A stretch of DNA of 47,200 nucleotides, from positions 1-47,200 of the IMG/VR virus record IMGVR_UViG_3300044500_000058. One strand, given 5' to 3'. Numbering within the stretch: position 1 is the first letter of the stretch; every line of letters starts with the position of its first letter. The stretch is from a virus. Lineage: Duplodnaviria > Caudoviricetes. The translations under genes and the position numbers were made by a program. The notes beneath the pieces were generated by a model. That model was not told where the DNA came from. It made no database searches and was given only the letters and a program-made list of their open reading frames with translations. This document shows, piece by piece, positions 26,940-36,154 of this stretch.

Positions 26940-27443
26940 CTATGCAGCCTTTGCTTCCTGGAGGTACATGAAGGACCCTGCCAGCAGGGTGGTCGAAGCG
27001 TTCGCCCCGCCCCACTTGATCGAGAACGTTCCGCCGTTGATGGTCTGAATCACCCCGTAGCAGCTACGACATTTCGCTTGCGCGGCGTAGAAGCCAGTCT
27101 GCACGGTGTTGAACATATTCGTGTCGTAGTGGTGCGCTTGATGGTCGCCATTCGAGCCTGTGGTCCACAAGTCCGAGCCTTGATCGCTGACACCGCGGTG
27201 ATGAATGAGCGCACAGAAAAGCACCGTCTGCGTAAAAGCCGGCCGCCACACGTTACCTACCGGGGCTGCGTTAAACGCCAGCATGATGCGGACCGAGTAA
27301 ATCGTTGATGGCCGAAGTGCGGCTTGCAGTTCCGCATCATCTGCGACCGTGATCGGGCTGCCAGTTCGGTTCTCGTTGCTCTGCTTGATGACGTGTGCAA
27401 CGTGAGGGTGATACGGCGGAGGGGTGAATAGCACGCCACTCAT
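26940..27443 (-). CDS. Fibre-associated protein, one copy of the same domain
   Basis: KQSNENR...DDAELQ...Y; GGTFSIKW...TTLLAGSF. Confidence 0.7.
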   Translation of the reverse strand: MSGVLFTPPPYHPHVAHVIKQSNENRTGSPITVADDAELQAALRPSTIYSVRIMLAFNAAPVGNVWRPAFTQTVLFCALIHHRGVSDQGSDLWTTGSNGDHQAHHYDTNMFNTVQTGFYAAQAKCRSCYGVIQTINGGTFSIKWGGANASTTLLAGSFMYLQEAKAA

Positions 27444-28957
27444 GTGACACCCGCACCCGTGATGTACCACTTGGTCGAAGTGACCTTGCGAATCGCCCAC
27501 CAACCCCGGGCAGCAACCGTGCGCGAACCTGTCGTGCCGGTCGGCGCAAGCACCAGGGTATCTGTGGTGATTGCAATGGTCATCGTCTCTGTATCGTCGT
27601 TGATCCCGTCGATGGCCGTACCGATCGGAAAAGCAACGCTGCCGTTTGCGGGGATCGTAACAGTGACAGCGCCACCGGAGCCCTTGTAGATATGCTTACC
27701 GGCATCCGTGAGGGCGAGTGTGGTATCACCGCTGATGGAATTCTGCGGGAGACCTTTGTAACCGATTTCGCTCGCAGAAGCGTTCGGCGTAGTCAGCAGA
27801 TCGGAATCATCCAGCGTTGTTCCACTGTTCTGGATCGTCTTGCCGCTCGTGCCATCAAAGCGTGCGAGGGCATTGTCGGTCGACGAGCCGGGGCCGCTCG
27901 CATCGCCAGTAGCGTTCGCGATCCATTTAAGACCCGTCGACGCGGTGGAATCTGCCGACAATATTTGGGCGTTACTGCCGACAGGGAGTCGATCGACCGT
28001 CGTCGAATAAGTGGCGATATCGCCTTTCGTCGTATTGACCGAAGGACCCGTGGGGCCAGTGGGCCCTGTTGGACCCGTCGGTCCCGTTGCACCTGTCGCA
28101 CCTGTGCTACCGGTCGAACCAGTAGAGCCGGTTGACCCGGTTGATCCGGTCGCACCGACATCCCCGATGACCGCTAGCGCCCAGGCCGTGATCGTGCCGC
28201 TGCCGCCGGTCTGCGTCGAGTTGATGGCGAGCGTCGTGCTCGAGTACGAGGTGATCAGCCCTTCGACGTAATTCGACGGCGTGGCACTGTCGTACATGCG
28301 CACGCGCATGCCGACTTGATACGCATTGGCACCCGCCACCTGGTTGACGGTGAAGGTCTTCGTGCCAGTGCCGACGGCGACGCTCGAGGTCGAGGTGACG
28401 CCGTAGTAGCCGAGGCCCGTCGCACCGGTGGCACCGGTTGCGCCCGTTGGGCCGGTCGGACCCGTGGGTCCCGTCGCGCCTGTAGCGCCGGCAGCGCCGG
28501 CAGCGCCTGTCGCACCGGTCGGACCCGTGGGTCCCGTCGCGCCTGTAGCGCCGGCAGCGCCGGCAGCGCCTGTCGCACCGGTCGGACCCGTGGGTCCCGT
28601 CGCGCCTGTAGCGCCGGCAGCGCCGGCAGCGCCGGCAGCGCCTGTCGCACCGGTTGGGCCGGTCGGACCCGTGGGCCCCGGCACGGTTGAATCAGCCCCT
28701 GTGGCGCCAGTCGGACCCGTCGGCCCTGTCGGACCGACGCTGCCTGTACCGCCCGGGCCGGTCGGACCCGTGGGCCCGGTCGGACCCGTCGGACCCGTGG
28801 CGCCGTCCACCCCGATAATGCCGTCTACGCCGGCAGGGCCCGTCGGCCCGATCGGCCCTTGAATGCCCGGAATGCCCGGTGCCTTGACCGTCACGCGCAG
28901 CGGATTCTCGCGAATCGTCACGATGTTCTTGAGAACGGTGGACTGCGCGGTGCTCAT
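27440..28957 (-). CDS. Collagen-like tail fibre
   Basis: Two Gly-X-Y tracts ([12 protein letters not shown]) separated by a globular insert; C-terminal [14 protein letters not shown]...KWYITG fibre-tip domain. Confidence 0.85.
   Translation of the reverse strand: MSTAQSTVLKNIVTIRENPLRVTVKAPGIPGIQGPIGPTGPAGVDGIIGVDGATGPTGPTGPTGPTGPGGTGSVGPTGPTGPTGATGADSTVPGPTGPTGPTGATGAAGAAGAAGATGATGPTGPTGATGAAGAAGATGATGPTGPTGATGAAGAAGATGATGPTGPTGPTGATGATGATGLGYYGVTSTSSVAVGTGTKTFTVNQVAGANAYQVGMRVRMYDSATPSNYVEGLITSYSSTTLAINSTQTGGSGTITAWALAVIGDVGATGSTGSTGSTGSTGSTGATGATGPTGPTGPTGPTGPSVNTTKGDIATYSTTVDRLPVGSNAQILSADSTASTGLKWIANATGDASGPGSSTDNALARFDGTSGKTIQNSGTTLDDSDLLTTPNASASEIGYKGLPQNSISGDTTLALTDAGKHIYKGSGGAVTVTIPANGSVAFPIGTAIDGINDDTETMTIAITTDTLVLAPTGTTGSRTVAARGWWAIRKVTSTKWYITGAGVT
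28452..28654. repeat. Three near-identical 63-bp tandem repeats in the collagen tract
   Basis: Units start at 28452, 28515 and 28578; the third has one extra 9-bp unit. Confidence 0.9.
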
Positions 28958-29298
28958 TCTGTGATCTCGTCGATGATGTTGAACGCACCTTCGATCAGCC
29001 GCGTGACCACCGATCCGGCCACCAGTTCGAGGTCATAGCGGTACGCGCCGGGTGGCAGCGCCGTGGTCTCTTCGGCCGTCAGCACCAGGTCAACCGTTCC
29101 TTCCGCTCCACCGAGCGTGATGCGTCCGTTCTCCGTGGTCATTTCGACAATGATCGGCGTGCCCGGCCGCGTGCGCGCCTGCAGGCGCGCGGTGTACTCG
29201 GTCAGGTCGACCAGCGCGTTGTTCGAATCGCGGTACTCGATCGGGCACACGAACGTTGCGCCCTGTTCCACGGTCATGTCGTAGCGTCCTGCGCTCAC
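28954..29298 (-). CDS. Fibre adaptor (BppU-like Ig domain), paralog of the N-terminus of the giant FN3 protein
   Basis: YD...QGATF...DLT.YTAR.Q.R...E..T.NGRI.LGG..GTV.L.L.A.ETT.LP.G.Y.YDL...R..EG is shared by both. Confidence 0.75.
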   Translation of the reverse strand: MSAGRYDMTVEQGATFVCPIEYRDSNNALVDLTEYTARLQARTRPGTPIIVEMTTENGRITLGGAEGTVDLVLTAEETTALPPGAYRYDLELVAGSVVTRLIEGAFNIIDEITE

Positions 29299-31430
29299 TG
29301 GAAGTCCTCCGGGCCGGCGACGCCGCTCGGCGGTTGGTGCAGGGCGTCCGCCAGGCTGCGCAGGCCGCGTGTGCCCTTGGGCGGGGCCATCGGGCCGGGT
29401 GGACCGTCCGTCAGCCCCAGCGCCTCCACGAGCGGTTGCAGGATGTCGGGACGGTTCAGCACGAGATCGGCAATCGCTTGCAGCGCCGGCGGCAAGCCGG
29501 TCATCGGGCTCGGCGCGGCGGCTTGTGGCGCGAGCAGGTCGCTGAGACCGCCCGGCAGTTCATGCGCGTTGTCGGGCGCTATGCGCATATTGTCGGGCAA
29601 CGTGATCGGCTCACCGGGCACTCGACTCTGTGGCCACGGATTCGCCGTGCCGTGCGGGTCAGTCATCAGCGCATCCGCCAAACCGACTGACGCACCAGGC
29701 TGGACGCCGGGAGCCATGCCCGCCAGCGTCGGGCCCGGGGGCGTCAGTTCGAACGGCACTTGCTCGGTGCCCATGTTCTGCCAGCTCGGGGGCCGCGGGC
29801 CGGCGGCCGGGTTCGCCGTCGGCAGCTCTTGCGGCGCCATTGTCGGGTGCGAGCCCTCCGCACCGAGACGACTCTGGAAAGAGTCTGACATCAGGTGCGG
29901 GATCATCCACTTGTCAAACAGGAAGCGCCGCAGCATGGATTCGGGCACATTGATAGTGCCCGCGTTGGAGGGCGCAGAGAGTGTCGTGCCGGTCGTCGAG
30001 CGCACCACGCTCGGCATTTGCGTCGCTGCGTCGGCGATCTGTGCAAGGCCGCCCGTGAGTTTCACGTCCTGCCCCAATCGGGCGAGCGCTTGCGGGTCAA
30101 TCTCTTGCCCACTCCATGCGTCGAGAACATTGTGAATCTGCGCCTTCTGGACGCGGGCATTCTCGAAGTTCTTGTAGAGCACCGGATCGTGCACCTGGTT
30201 CGCAATTGCCTGCTCGAGACCGTCGGCCGCCTTCCGGTACGCCTTGGCCGCTTGATGCGCAGCAGTTGCGTTGCTGTCGGTAGACTGAAACAGTGCGCGT
30301 GCATCCTCGCGCCACTGTCCGATAGCTTCCAGCGCCTGCTGCGTCGGTGCGTTCTGGAGCCCTTCGACCCGGGCGCGCAACTCCTCGATCTTCGGATTCG
30401 ACTCGCGCAAGTAGACGTTATCGCGGCGCGCGGAGCCGAGCTGATCGAACACCGCCTGCACTTCCGGCGTGTGCTGTAGCACCGGCAGCTCCTTCGCCAC
30501 TGCGTCGTAGGCAGGGTTGAGTGCGTCGGCCTTAGCCCGCAGCATTTCAGGCGTCAGTGGCGTACCTTCGGGCAGGCCGAAATGCGTACGTAGGATGCCC
30601 TCGACCTTCTTCGCGTTTTCGATCCCCATGCGGCCGTGCAGTTCGCCCTGATTGACCAGAGTCGACTTGATCGTACCGGGTACGCTTGGCTGCACGCCCG
30701 GGGGTGCTTCACGCGCAGCCTTAGCCGCGGCCACATCCGGCGGCACCTGCATGCCATAGCCGCGCATGCGTGCCACGGTGTCACCGGCCGGGTGCAGGGC
30801 TGTGTTGATCTCCCCCGGCAGTGCAGCCTCAGGCGCTTTCACCCTACCGCGCCCGCCCATGAACGCAGCGCCGGTGTTGAGCGCCTGTTCGATAAGCGTA
30901 CCGGTATCGGCCTGTGCACGAGGACTTCCGCCTAACTCTCCGACACCCGCGCCGCCCGCCGCGCCGAGCGCATGAGTCAGGTCGCCGACCGGCTGGAAGA
31001 TCGCGCCAAGGGCTTCGTTGGTCTGCGCACCCTGTCGAGTGCGCGGCGTATACGTCGCATCCGCAGCACCCTGCGCCAGCGGGTAGTCCGGGTTATCGGT
31101 CAATCGGTGATACGCCGTGACCGCCGCGCCGGTGGCCGGGCTGACAAGCCCCGTGAGTGCCGAAGCTGCGCCCTCGAGCGCGCCTATCCCGGGCATCACG
31201 CCCGAGCGCGGTGCGCTGGGCAATTCGGCGTGCGGATTTGGCGACAAGATTGCACCCGCCACTCCCGCGCCGTAATTCTTCAACCGATTGAATAACCCGA
31301 AGCCATCCGGGCCCATATCAACAGTGGGTTCATCGGCCGGCTGCGCCGTCGACAGGTCAAATTTCGGGCGTGCGGCGGCCGGCGCCGGCAGCGCGTCGGC
31401 AGGCACAGCAGTGTTGAGATCGAAAGCCAC
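29295..31430 (-). CDS. Internal virion/DNA ejection protein (711 aa)
   Basis: Ala/Gly-rich, N-terminal FDL.TA.P repeats; last of a run of genes in the position typical of podoviral ejection proteins. Confidence 0.6.
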   Translation of the reverse strand: MAFDLNTAVPADALPAPAAARPKFDLSTAQPADEPTVDMGPDGFGLFNRLKNYGAGVAGAILSPNPHAELPSAPRSGVMPGIGALEGAASALTGLVSPATGAAVTAYHRLTDNPDYPLAQGAADATYTPRTRQGAQTNEALGAIFQPVGDLTHALGAAGGAGVGELGGSPRAQADTGTLIEQALNTGAAFMGGRGRVKAPEAALPGEINTALHPAGDTVARMRGYGMQVPPDVAAAKAAREAPPGVQPSVPGTIKSTLVNQGELHGRMGIENAKKVEGILRTHFGLPEGTPLTPEMLRAKADALNPAYDAVAKELPVLQHTPEVQAVFDQLGSARRDNVYLRESNPKIEELRARVEGLQNAPTQQALEAIGQWREDARALFQSTDSNATAAHQAAKAYRKAADGLEQAIANQVHDPVLYKNFENARVQKAQIHNVLDAWSGQEIDPQALARLGQDVKLTGGLAQIADAATQMPSVVRSTTGTTLSAPSNAGTINVPESMLRRFLFDKWMIPHLMSDSFQSRLGAEGSHPTMAPQELPTANPAAGPRPPSWQNMGTEQVPFELTPPGPTLAGMAPGVQPGASVGLADALMTDPHGTANPWPQSRVPGEPITLPDNMRIAPDNAHELPGGLSDLLAPQAAAPSPMTGLPPALQAIADLVLNRPDILQPLVEALGLTDGPPGPMAPPKGTRGLRSLADALHQPPSGVAGPEDFQ

Positions 31431-32884
31431 TACTGAATTTCCTCGACTTCACCGTTCGGGCCGACATAGGCGTAGTTGCCGCCTGCATCTTTCATCTTCC
31501 GCCAGCCCCGGGCATTGGTCGATGGGAACGCGGCGCCCGGCTTCTCGACGGTGCCTGGATTCGGCGGCACCGGCGATGGAGTGTGCAGCACTACGGCACC
31601 ACCCACCGGCTTGTTCAACATGCGCTTCTTAGTCACTTCGATGAGCGACTGCCCGGGGTTAGTCGACAGCGCATTCACATCGTCCATCGTGTAGGGGACG
31701 ATCTTCTTGACGTTGGCATCGGCCTCCTGCATGAGCTGGATAAGGTCAGGCGGCGTATCGGGATTCTTCCCGTAGATCGCCATGAAGGTCCTCACGCCGT
31801 TTTCAATGACGTTTCGGTAGCTCGCCGCCTTCATCATCTTGGCTTCGATATCGGTGCTGTCTCCGGGCATGAAGGTGATTTGCGACATGACCGAAGCAAT
31901 CTGGCCGTCCGTCGGGACACGGCCAAAGTTCTCAATGAACGCGGCGTTCCGAGCCTGACCGCCCATCAGCGTGTTGTACTGCTTGACTTCCGTTGATCCC
32001 AGCGACTGTCGCAAGTTGTTACTGGATGCCTGCAGCAAACCCACTCCGTGAGTGCCGAAAACGTTACTGCCGAACAGCCCGGTATCCGCGCCAGCCGGCT
32101 GATTCATGATGACGCCCAAGTGCTGCGTGCCTTCGATCACGCCGTGCGTGACGGAAGCCAGCATGCCGCGTTCCCGCGAGCCGATCGGAGCGGCCGATGC
32201 AGCCGGATCCTCCGGGCGCATCACGAAGGGTAGGTTGTCCCTTGATGCGGGCAGCGACGGGTTGAAGTTTTGATTCGCCATTTCGCCGGGGTTCGGCTTG
32301 CCGAAGACGCCGTGATAGGGGTCCAGCCCTGCGTTATCCGCGCCGCTCGGACTCAGCTCCGGGTGCATCCGGCTGTACGCCAGTGCGTTGTCTGAGCCGA
32401 TCTGCGCCTGCGCTACCTGGTTCGGATACGTGACCGGCGCCGTGCCCGGCTGGTACTGCGTCACGTCTGTGCCGACATTGCCGTTCCACTGCACACGAGG
32501 AACGAACTTGTGCTCGGCCACCTGCCCGGCGCTAAATTGATCACCGAGCGAAGCATTCGGATTGCCGAGCGTCTGGAGCGCGGTATTCTCGAGCCCGGTC
32601 TGCATTCCTGATTGCGTTGCGGCAAAATTCGAGCCGAGGTTGCCGTTGACGATCGTCGCTTCCATGTGCGCCTGAGCTGCGGGTACGCCCATCGCGACGC
32701 GCGCATCCTCGAAGCCCGCCTGGTTCTTCGCCTTGAACTCGGCCGCCATGTTCTCGAGTTGCTTGTTGCGCGCGGCCATGAGCGCGTCTTCTGTCTGCGC
32801 CGTGCGCAGGCGGCCGGTCTCGTAGGCTTGCGACGTGTCGACGCCGCCCCCGAGAATTTCGCCGAGACTGCCCCAGCCGCTCAC
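31430..32884 (-). CDS. Internal virion/DNA ejection protein (484 aa)
   Basis: Position and composition; C-terminal DAGGNYAYVGPNGEVEE motif. Confidence 0.6.
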   Translation of the reverse strand: MSGWGSLGEILGGGVDTSQAYETGRLRTAQTEDALMAARNKQLENMAAEFKAKNQAGFEDARVAMGVPAAQAHMEATIVNGNLGSNFAATQSGMQTGLENTALQTLGNPNASLGDQFSAGQVAEHKFVPRVQWNGNVGTDVTQYQPGTAPVTYPNQVAQAQIGSDNALAYSRMHPELSPSGADNAGLDPYHGVFGKPNPGEMANQNFNPSLPASRDNLPFVMRPEDPAASAAPIGSRERGMLASVTHGVIEGTQHLGVIMNQPAGADTGLFGSNVFGTHGVGLLQASSNNLRQSLGSTEVKQYNTLMGGQARNAAFIENFGRVPTDGQIASVMSQITFMPGDSTDIEAKMMKAASYRNVIENGVRTFMAIYGKNPDTPPDLIQLMQEADANVKKIVPYTMDDVNALSTNPGQSLIEVTKKRMLNKPVGGAVVLHTPSPVPPNPGTVEKPGAAFPSTNARGWRKMKDAGGNYAYVGPNGEVEEIQ

Positions 32885-33552
32885 CCGAAGGCTCCCCGGC
32901 GCAGCATCGGCGGTGTGTAACTCATGCGCTGCGCATTGATCTGCGGGACTTCAAGCGCCGGGTCGTTCGGGTTCCAGCCACTGCCCGCCATGCCGCTGGC
33001 GACGCCCTGTCCGACTTGGCTCGCCGCATTGACCCACGGGTTCTGCACGTTCTGCGCGGTGCGCAACTGGGCCAGCCACGCATCACCCTGCGCATTGCGC
33101 CCGATGCCGCGTACTTCGTCGCCAGCACGATTGGTCATGTTCTGTTCGTTCACACGCTGCAGGGTCGGACCCATGATGCGCGAGAGGATGTCGGCGCGCC
33201 CGGTGCCATAGTTCTGGATCGCCGCCTTGCCGCTGGCCGCCTCAGCCTGCGCACGGTCGCTCGCGGCGCCGGGCACGACCGCCCCGCCGGAGGCGTTGGC
33301 CTGGTTCGCCCGAAGCTGGCCAAGGAAACCTTGCAGCGAGTCGCTACGCGCCTGGTCCGCGTTCGATTTGCTGAGCGCGTCGAGGTTCTGATTGAGAACC
33401 GCATCGGCTTCGTGCTGACGGCTCTGCTGGCTGCGCACCATCTGGTTAGAGATGTCCTCCTGCCGGTGCGCCTGCTGTTGCTGGTTGACGACGCCCGCCC
33501 CCGCGCTGAGTGCGGAAATGACGAACGGAACCCATGCTGCTTCGGTACCCAT
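32881..33552 (-). CDS. Internal virion protein (223 aa)
   Basis: Hydrophobic Gly/Ala N-terminus followed by Q/A-rich helices, as in small podoviral ejection proteins. Confidence 0.6.
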   Translation of the reverse strand: MGTEAAWVPFVISALSAGAGVVNQQQQAHRQEDISNQMVRSQQSRQHEADAVLNQNLDALSKSNADQARSDSLQGFLGQLRANQANASGGAVVPGAASDRAQAEAASGKAAIQNYGTGRADILSRIMGPTLQRVNEQNMTNRAGDEVRGIGRNAQGDAWLAQLRTAQNVQNPWVNAASQVGQGVASGMAGSGWNPNDPALEVPQINAQRMSYTPPMLRRGAFG

Positions 33553-33554
33553 GA

Positions 33555-34346
33555 TTAACCACTTCCGTAAGGATTCTTTGCGCCGTAGAAAGAGCCGTAC
33601 GCATCGCGCACGCCTTGACGGCGTGCTGCGGCGTCCTGCTGCGTCTTGTAGGTGTCCGCCGTCGAACCGAAGATGTCGCCGAGCCCGCCCGCGAGCGCAT
33701 TGCTCTGCGCGCTGGCCGCGTTGGCCTGCATGATGCCGCCCGCGCGCTGACTCGCCGTGGTCGCGTCCATGCCCGAGCGCACCATGTTGAGCAGGTTGAG
33801 GCGAGACTGTTCGTCCTGCTGCTGCAGGTCGGAGAAGGCGCCCTGCGCCTTGTTCTCGGCGCCGAGCAGGCCCTTCTGGTATTCCTCGCCGAGCGTGGTG
33901 TTGGCGTCGTTCGCCGCGCTGCCGCCGGTCAAGCCGCTGCGCGCCATCGAGAATTTCAGGTTGCGATCGGCGATGCCCTTCTGCTTGTTGGCGTCCGTCG
34001 TGTAGAAGTCGCGAATCGCCTTGAGGAAGTCGGCATGCTGCGCGGCCCGCGCCGGATCGTCGAAGATCGAGTTGACCCGCGAGGTGCCTTGCTTGATCGC
34101 AATCTGCCGGGCGGCCTCGGCCTTGGCCGGGTTGGTGTAGATCCGATTCGGGTCGTACGGCTGGCCGCCGATGAGTGGATTGCCCGCCGCATCGGTGCCG
34201 GTGATCGGCGCTTTCTTGCCCCCACCGCCAAATAAGCCCAAGGGATCGCCCAGGAACTGAGTGGTTGTGCTCCCGCCAATGCCGAGAGGGTTGGCCGCCG
34301 TATGGTAGGCGCCACTGTTGACAAAATTACCGGCGTTACTGCCCAT
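33555..34346 (-). CDS. Virion protein (263 aa)
   Basis: Gly-rich N-terminus, helical core (ARSGLTGGS); position. Confidence 0.6.
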   Translation of the reverse strand: MGSNAGNFVNSGAYHTAANPLGIGGSTTTQFLGDPLGLFGGGGKKAPITGTDAAGNPLIGGQPYDPNRIYTNPAKAEAARQIAIKQGTSRVNSIFDDPARAAQHADFLKAIRDFYTTDANKQKGIADRNLKFSMARSGLTGGSAANDANTTLGEEYQKGLLGAENKAQGAFSDLQQQDEQSRLNLLNMVRSGMDATTASQRAGGIMQANAASAQSNALAGGLGDIFGSTADTYKTQQDAAARRQGVRDAYGSFYGAKNPYGSG

Positions 34347-34822
34347 CAGGGAGACCTCAGTCGGGAGAACATCAAGGCGTCTTCACCATTGACGCCGTAC
34401 GATCGTAGCGTTCCCTCCAACTCGAGGCCGAGCGGCCGGTACCACCGATGGGCGTGGATCCGACTGGCCAGCGACACGCATTGTAGCCGATGGGCGTGTT
34501 CGCGCAACATGAAGTCCATAACACGTTTCGCCGCTTTCGTCACCCCGCGCCAGTGCGTATCCCAGGCCGCCGGCGTGGTCAGTGCCCAGTCCTGCCACAC
34601 GCCCGGGCGCAATTCGCTGAAACCGGCTGCCATGATCGGCTCATCGCCCGCAAAAACCGTCCACTTCGGGTGGGGCCGGTTGAAGAATTCACTCGCCATG
34701 CGGTCGGGTTCGTATTCCATTCCGGTGAGCACTTCCCACTGTTCACGCTCGTCGGTCGGCAACTTGTGACAAATCCACAGCAAGTCGACCAGCGACGTGC
34801 CCGATTTTAACTCCACCGTCAC
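34346..34822 (-). CDS. GNAT-like / T7 gp13-like virion assembly protein
   Basis: D..E, PGVWQDW, HRWYRPLGLELEG..R.YG GNAT-like C-terminus; position after the nozzle genes. Confidence 0.7.
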   Translation of the reverse strand: MTVELKSGTSLVDLLWICHKLPTDEREQWEVLTGMEYEPDRMASEFFNRPHPKWTVFAGDEPIMAAGFSELRPGVWQDWALTTPAAWDTHWRGVTKAAKRVMDFMLREHAHRLQCVSLASRIHAHRWYRPLGLELEGTLRSYGVNGEDALMFSRLRSP

Positions 34823-35145
34823 CGGCCCGACCTCATGTCCTGAATGTAGATCACGGCTGCCTGCCACTCCCACTTCTGCTCGGACTCAAACGTGATGCGC
34901 AGGTCGAACGCGGGCCCGGACACCGGCATCGGCACCATCTGCGCGGGCAGGGTATCGCCGTCCATGAAGTAGTCCTGCGTGCGCAAATCGCGGTCGCGCT
35001 GGTCGTAACCCACGCTGACGCGCACGCCGTTCGGCGCATCCGCCACGATGTCGAAGCCGATCATCTGCTTCTCGACGCCGAGCGCCGCGAAGTCGAGGTG
35101 CGGCCAGTGGATGATGCTTTCGAACGGCGTGCGGTAACAGGGCAT
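34819..35145 (-). CDS. Tail protein (108 aa), resembles a nozzle C-terminal domain
   Basis: GAGGT SD, ATG 35145; WPHLDF...K...GFD...GYDQ...LRITF beta-strands. Confidence 0.6.
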   Translation of the reverse strand: MPCYRTPFESIIHWPHLDFAALGVEKQMIGFDIVADAPNGVRVSVGYDQRDRDLRTQDYFMDGDTLPAQMVPMPVSGPAFDLRITFESEQKWEWQAAVIYIQDMRSGR

Positions 35146-35153
35146 GGCGCACC

Positions 35154-35675
35154 TCAGATCGGGCAAATGTCGAGCGGAGTGACGTACAGGAACGAGCCTG
35201 CGAACAGCGTGGTCGGATTGGAAGACCCCGCGAAGCCGTTGTCGCTGTGCCACCATTGGAGTTTCAGATTGCCCGCATCGACGCAAGTGATCCGACCGGC
35301 GTACCAGACTACGCCGCGAAAAGCTGAGTTAGTGCTGGTCGTGTTGTCGATCAACTGGTACGAATCGAGCCCCGCCTGCGAGAGCGCGACGTTCTGAAAA
35401 TGAACGTTGGGCTCGTACGCGGTCGTGTAGTACGAGTTGTTGGAGTTGCTGACCACGTGAACGCCCGGATCGTAGAGCGATCCGGTGAACTGCAACCGAG
35501 AACGGAATTGACTGGCATAGTACGCCGACACACGCGCAATCAGCACCGCTTCAACCCAGTACGCGACGCCCGCCTCCAGCGGCAGGAACAGCTCAGGGTC
35601 GTCCACGAAGCCGGCCGTCTGGTCAAAGCGCGACTCGTCGGTGGTCTTGATGACGGACAGGGTCGCTGCGGTCAT
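35154..35675 (-). CDS. Repeated beta-sandwich domain protein
   Basis: KTTDESR...DDPEL...AGVAY; GNLKLQW...TTLFAGSF. Confidence 0.7.
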   Translation of the reverse strand: MTAATLSVIKTTDESRFDQTAGFVDDPELFLPLEAGVAYWVEAVLIARVSAYYASQFRSRLQFTGSLYDPGVHVVSNSNNSYYTTAYEPNVHFQNVALSQAGLDSYQLIDNTTSTNSAFRGVVWYAGRITCVDAGNLKLQWWHSDNGFAGSSNPTTLFAGSFLYVTPLDICPI

Positions 35676-36154
35676 GGCAGTTTCTCATAGCTGAGCATGG
35701 AGCCCGCGATCAGCTTAGCCGGATTAGTCAAGTCCACCGTCCGCTGGGACCAGATCACGGCGAACGTGCCGCCCGTGCTGCCGATCTTCATCAGCAGGGA
35801 GAACTTGATCGGCGCACGGTAATTCCCGGTGGTCATCGAAATACCGCGCGTGGTTCCTGCAGCCACTGAGGCCGTGTTCCACGCGCCCATCTGCTCGTCA
35901 CCCCCCGCCGACTTCGTGGAATCGGGCTGCGCGGAAGTCCATGTCACGGAAGCGCCGGCTGCGTACAGCAGCGTCGCACCGCCGACCGAAAAGCCGTGTT
36001 TGAAATCGCCGGTCGTGCCGCCGCGCGCCCACATCTGTCCGCGCACGAGATACGTCGAGTCGGCATCCAGCGTGAACTGCAAATCTGGATCCGCTGTCGC
36101 CACGATCGTGTTGAGACGCGAAGTGTCGATCAGCTTGTACTTGACGAACATCAT
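35672..36154 (-). CDS. Repeated beta-sandwich domain protein
   Basis: KLIDTSR...DPDLQF..DADSTY; GGTFAVIWSQ...LIAGSM. Confidence 0.7.
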   Translation of the reverse strand: MMFVKYKLIDTSRLNTIVATADPDLQFTLDADSTYLVRGQMWARGGTTGDFKHGFSVGGATLLYAAGASVTWTSAQPDSTKSAGGDEQMGAWNTASVAAGTTRGISMTTGNYRAPIKFSLLMKIGSTGGTFAVIWSQRTVDLTNPAKLIAGSMLSYEKLP

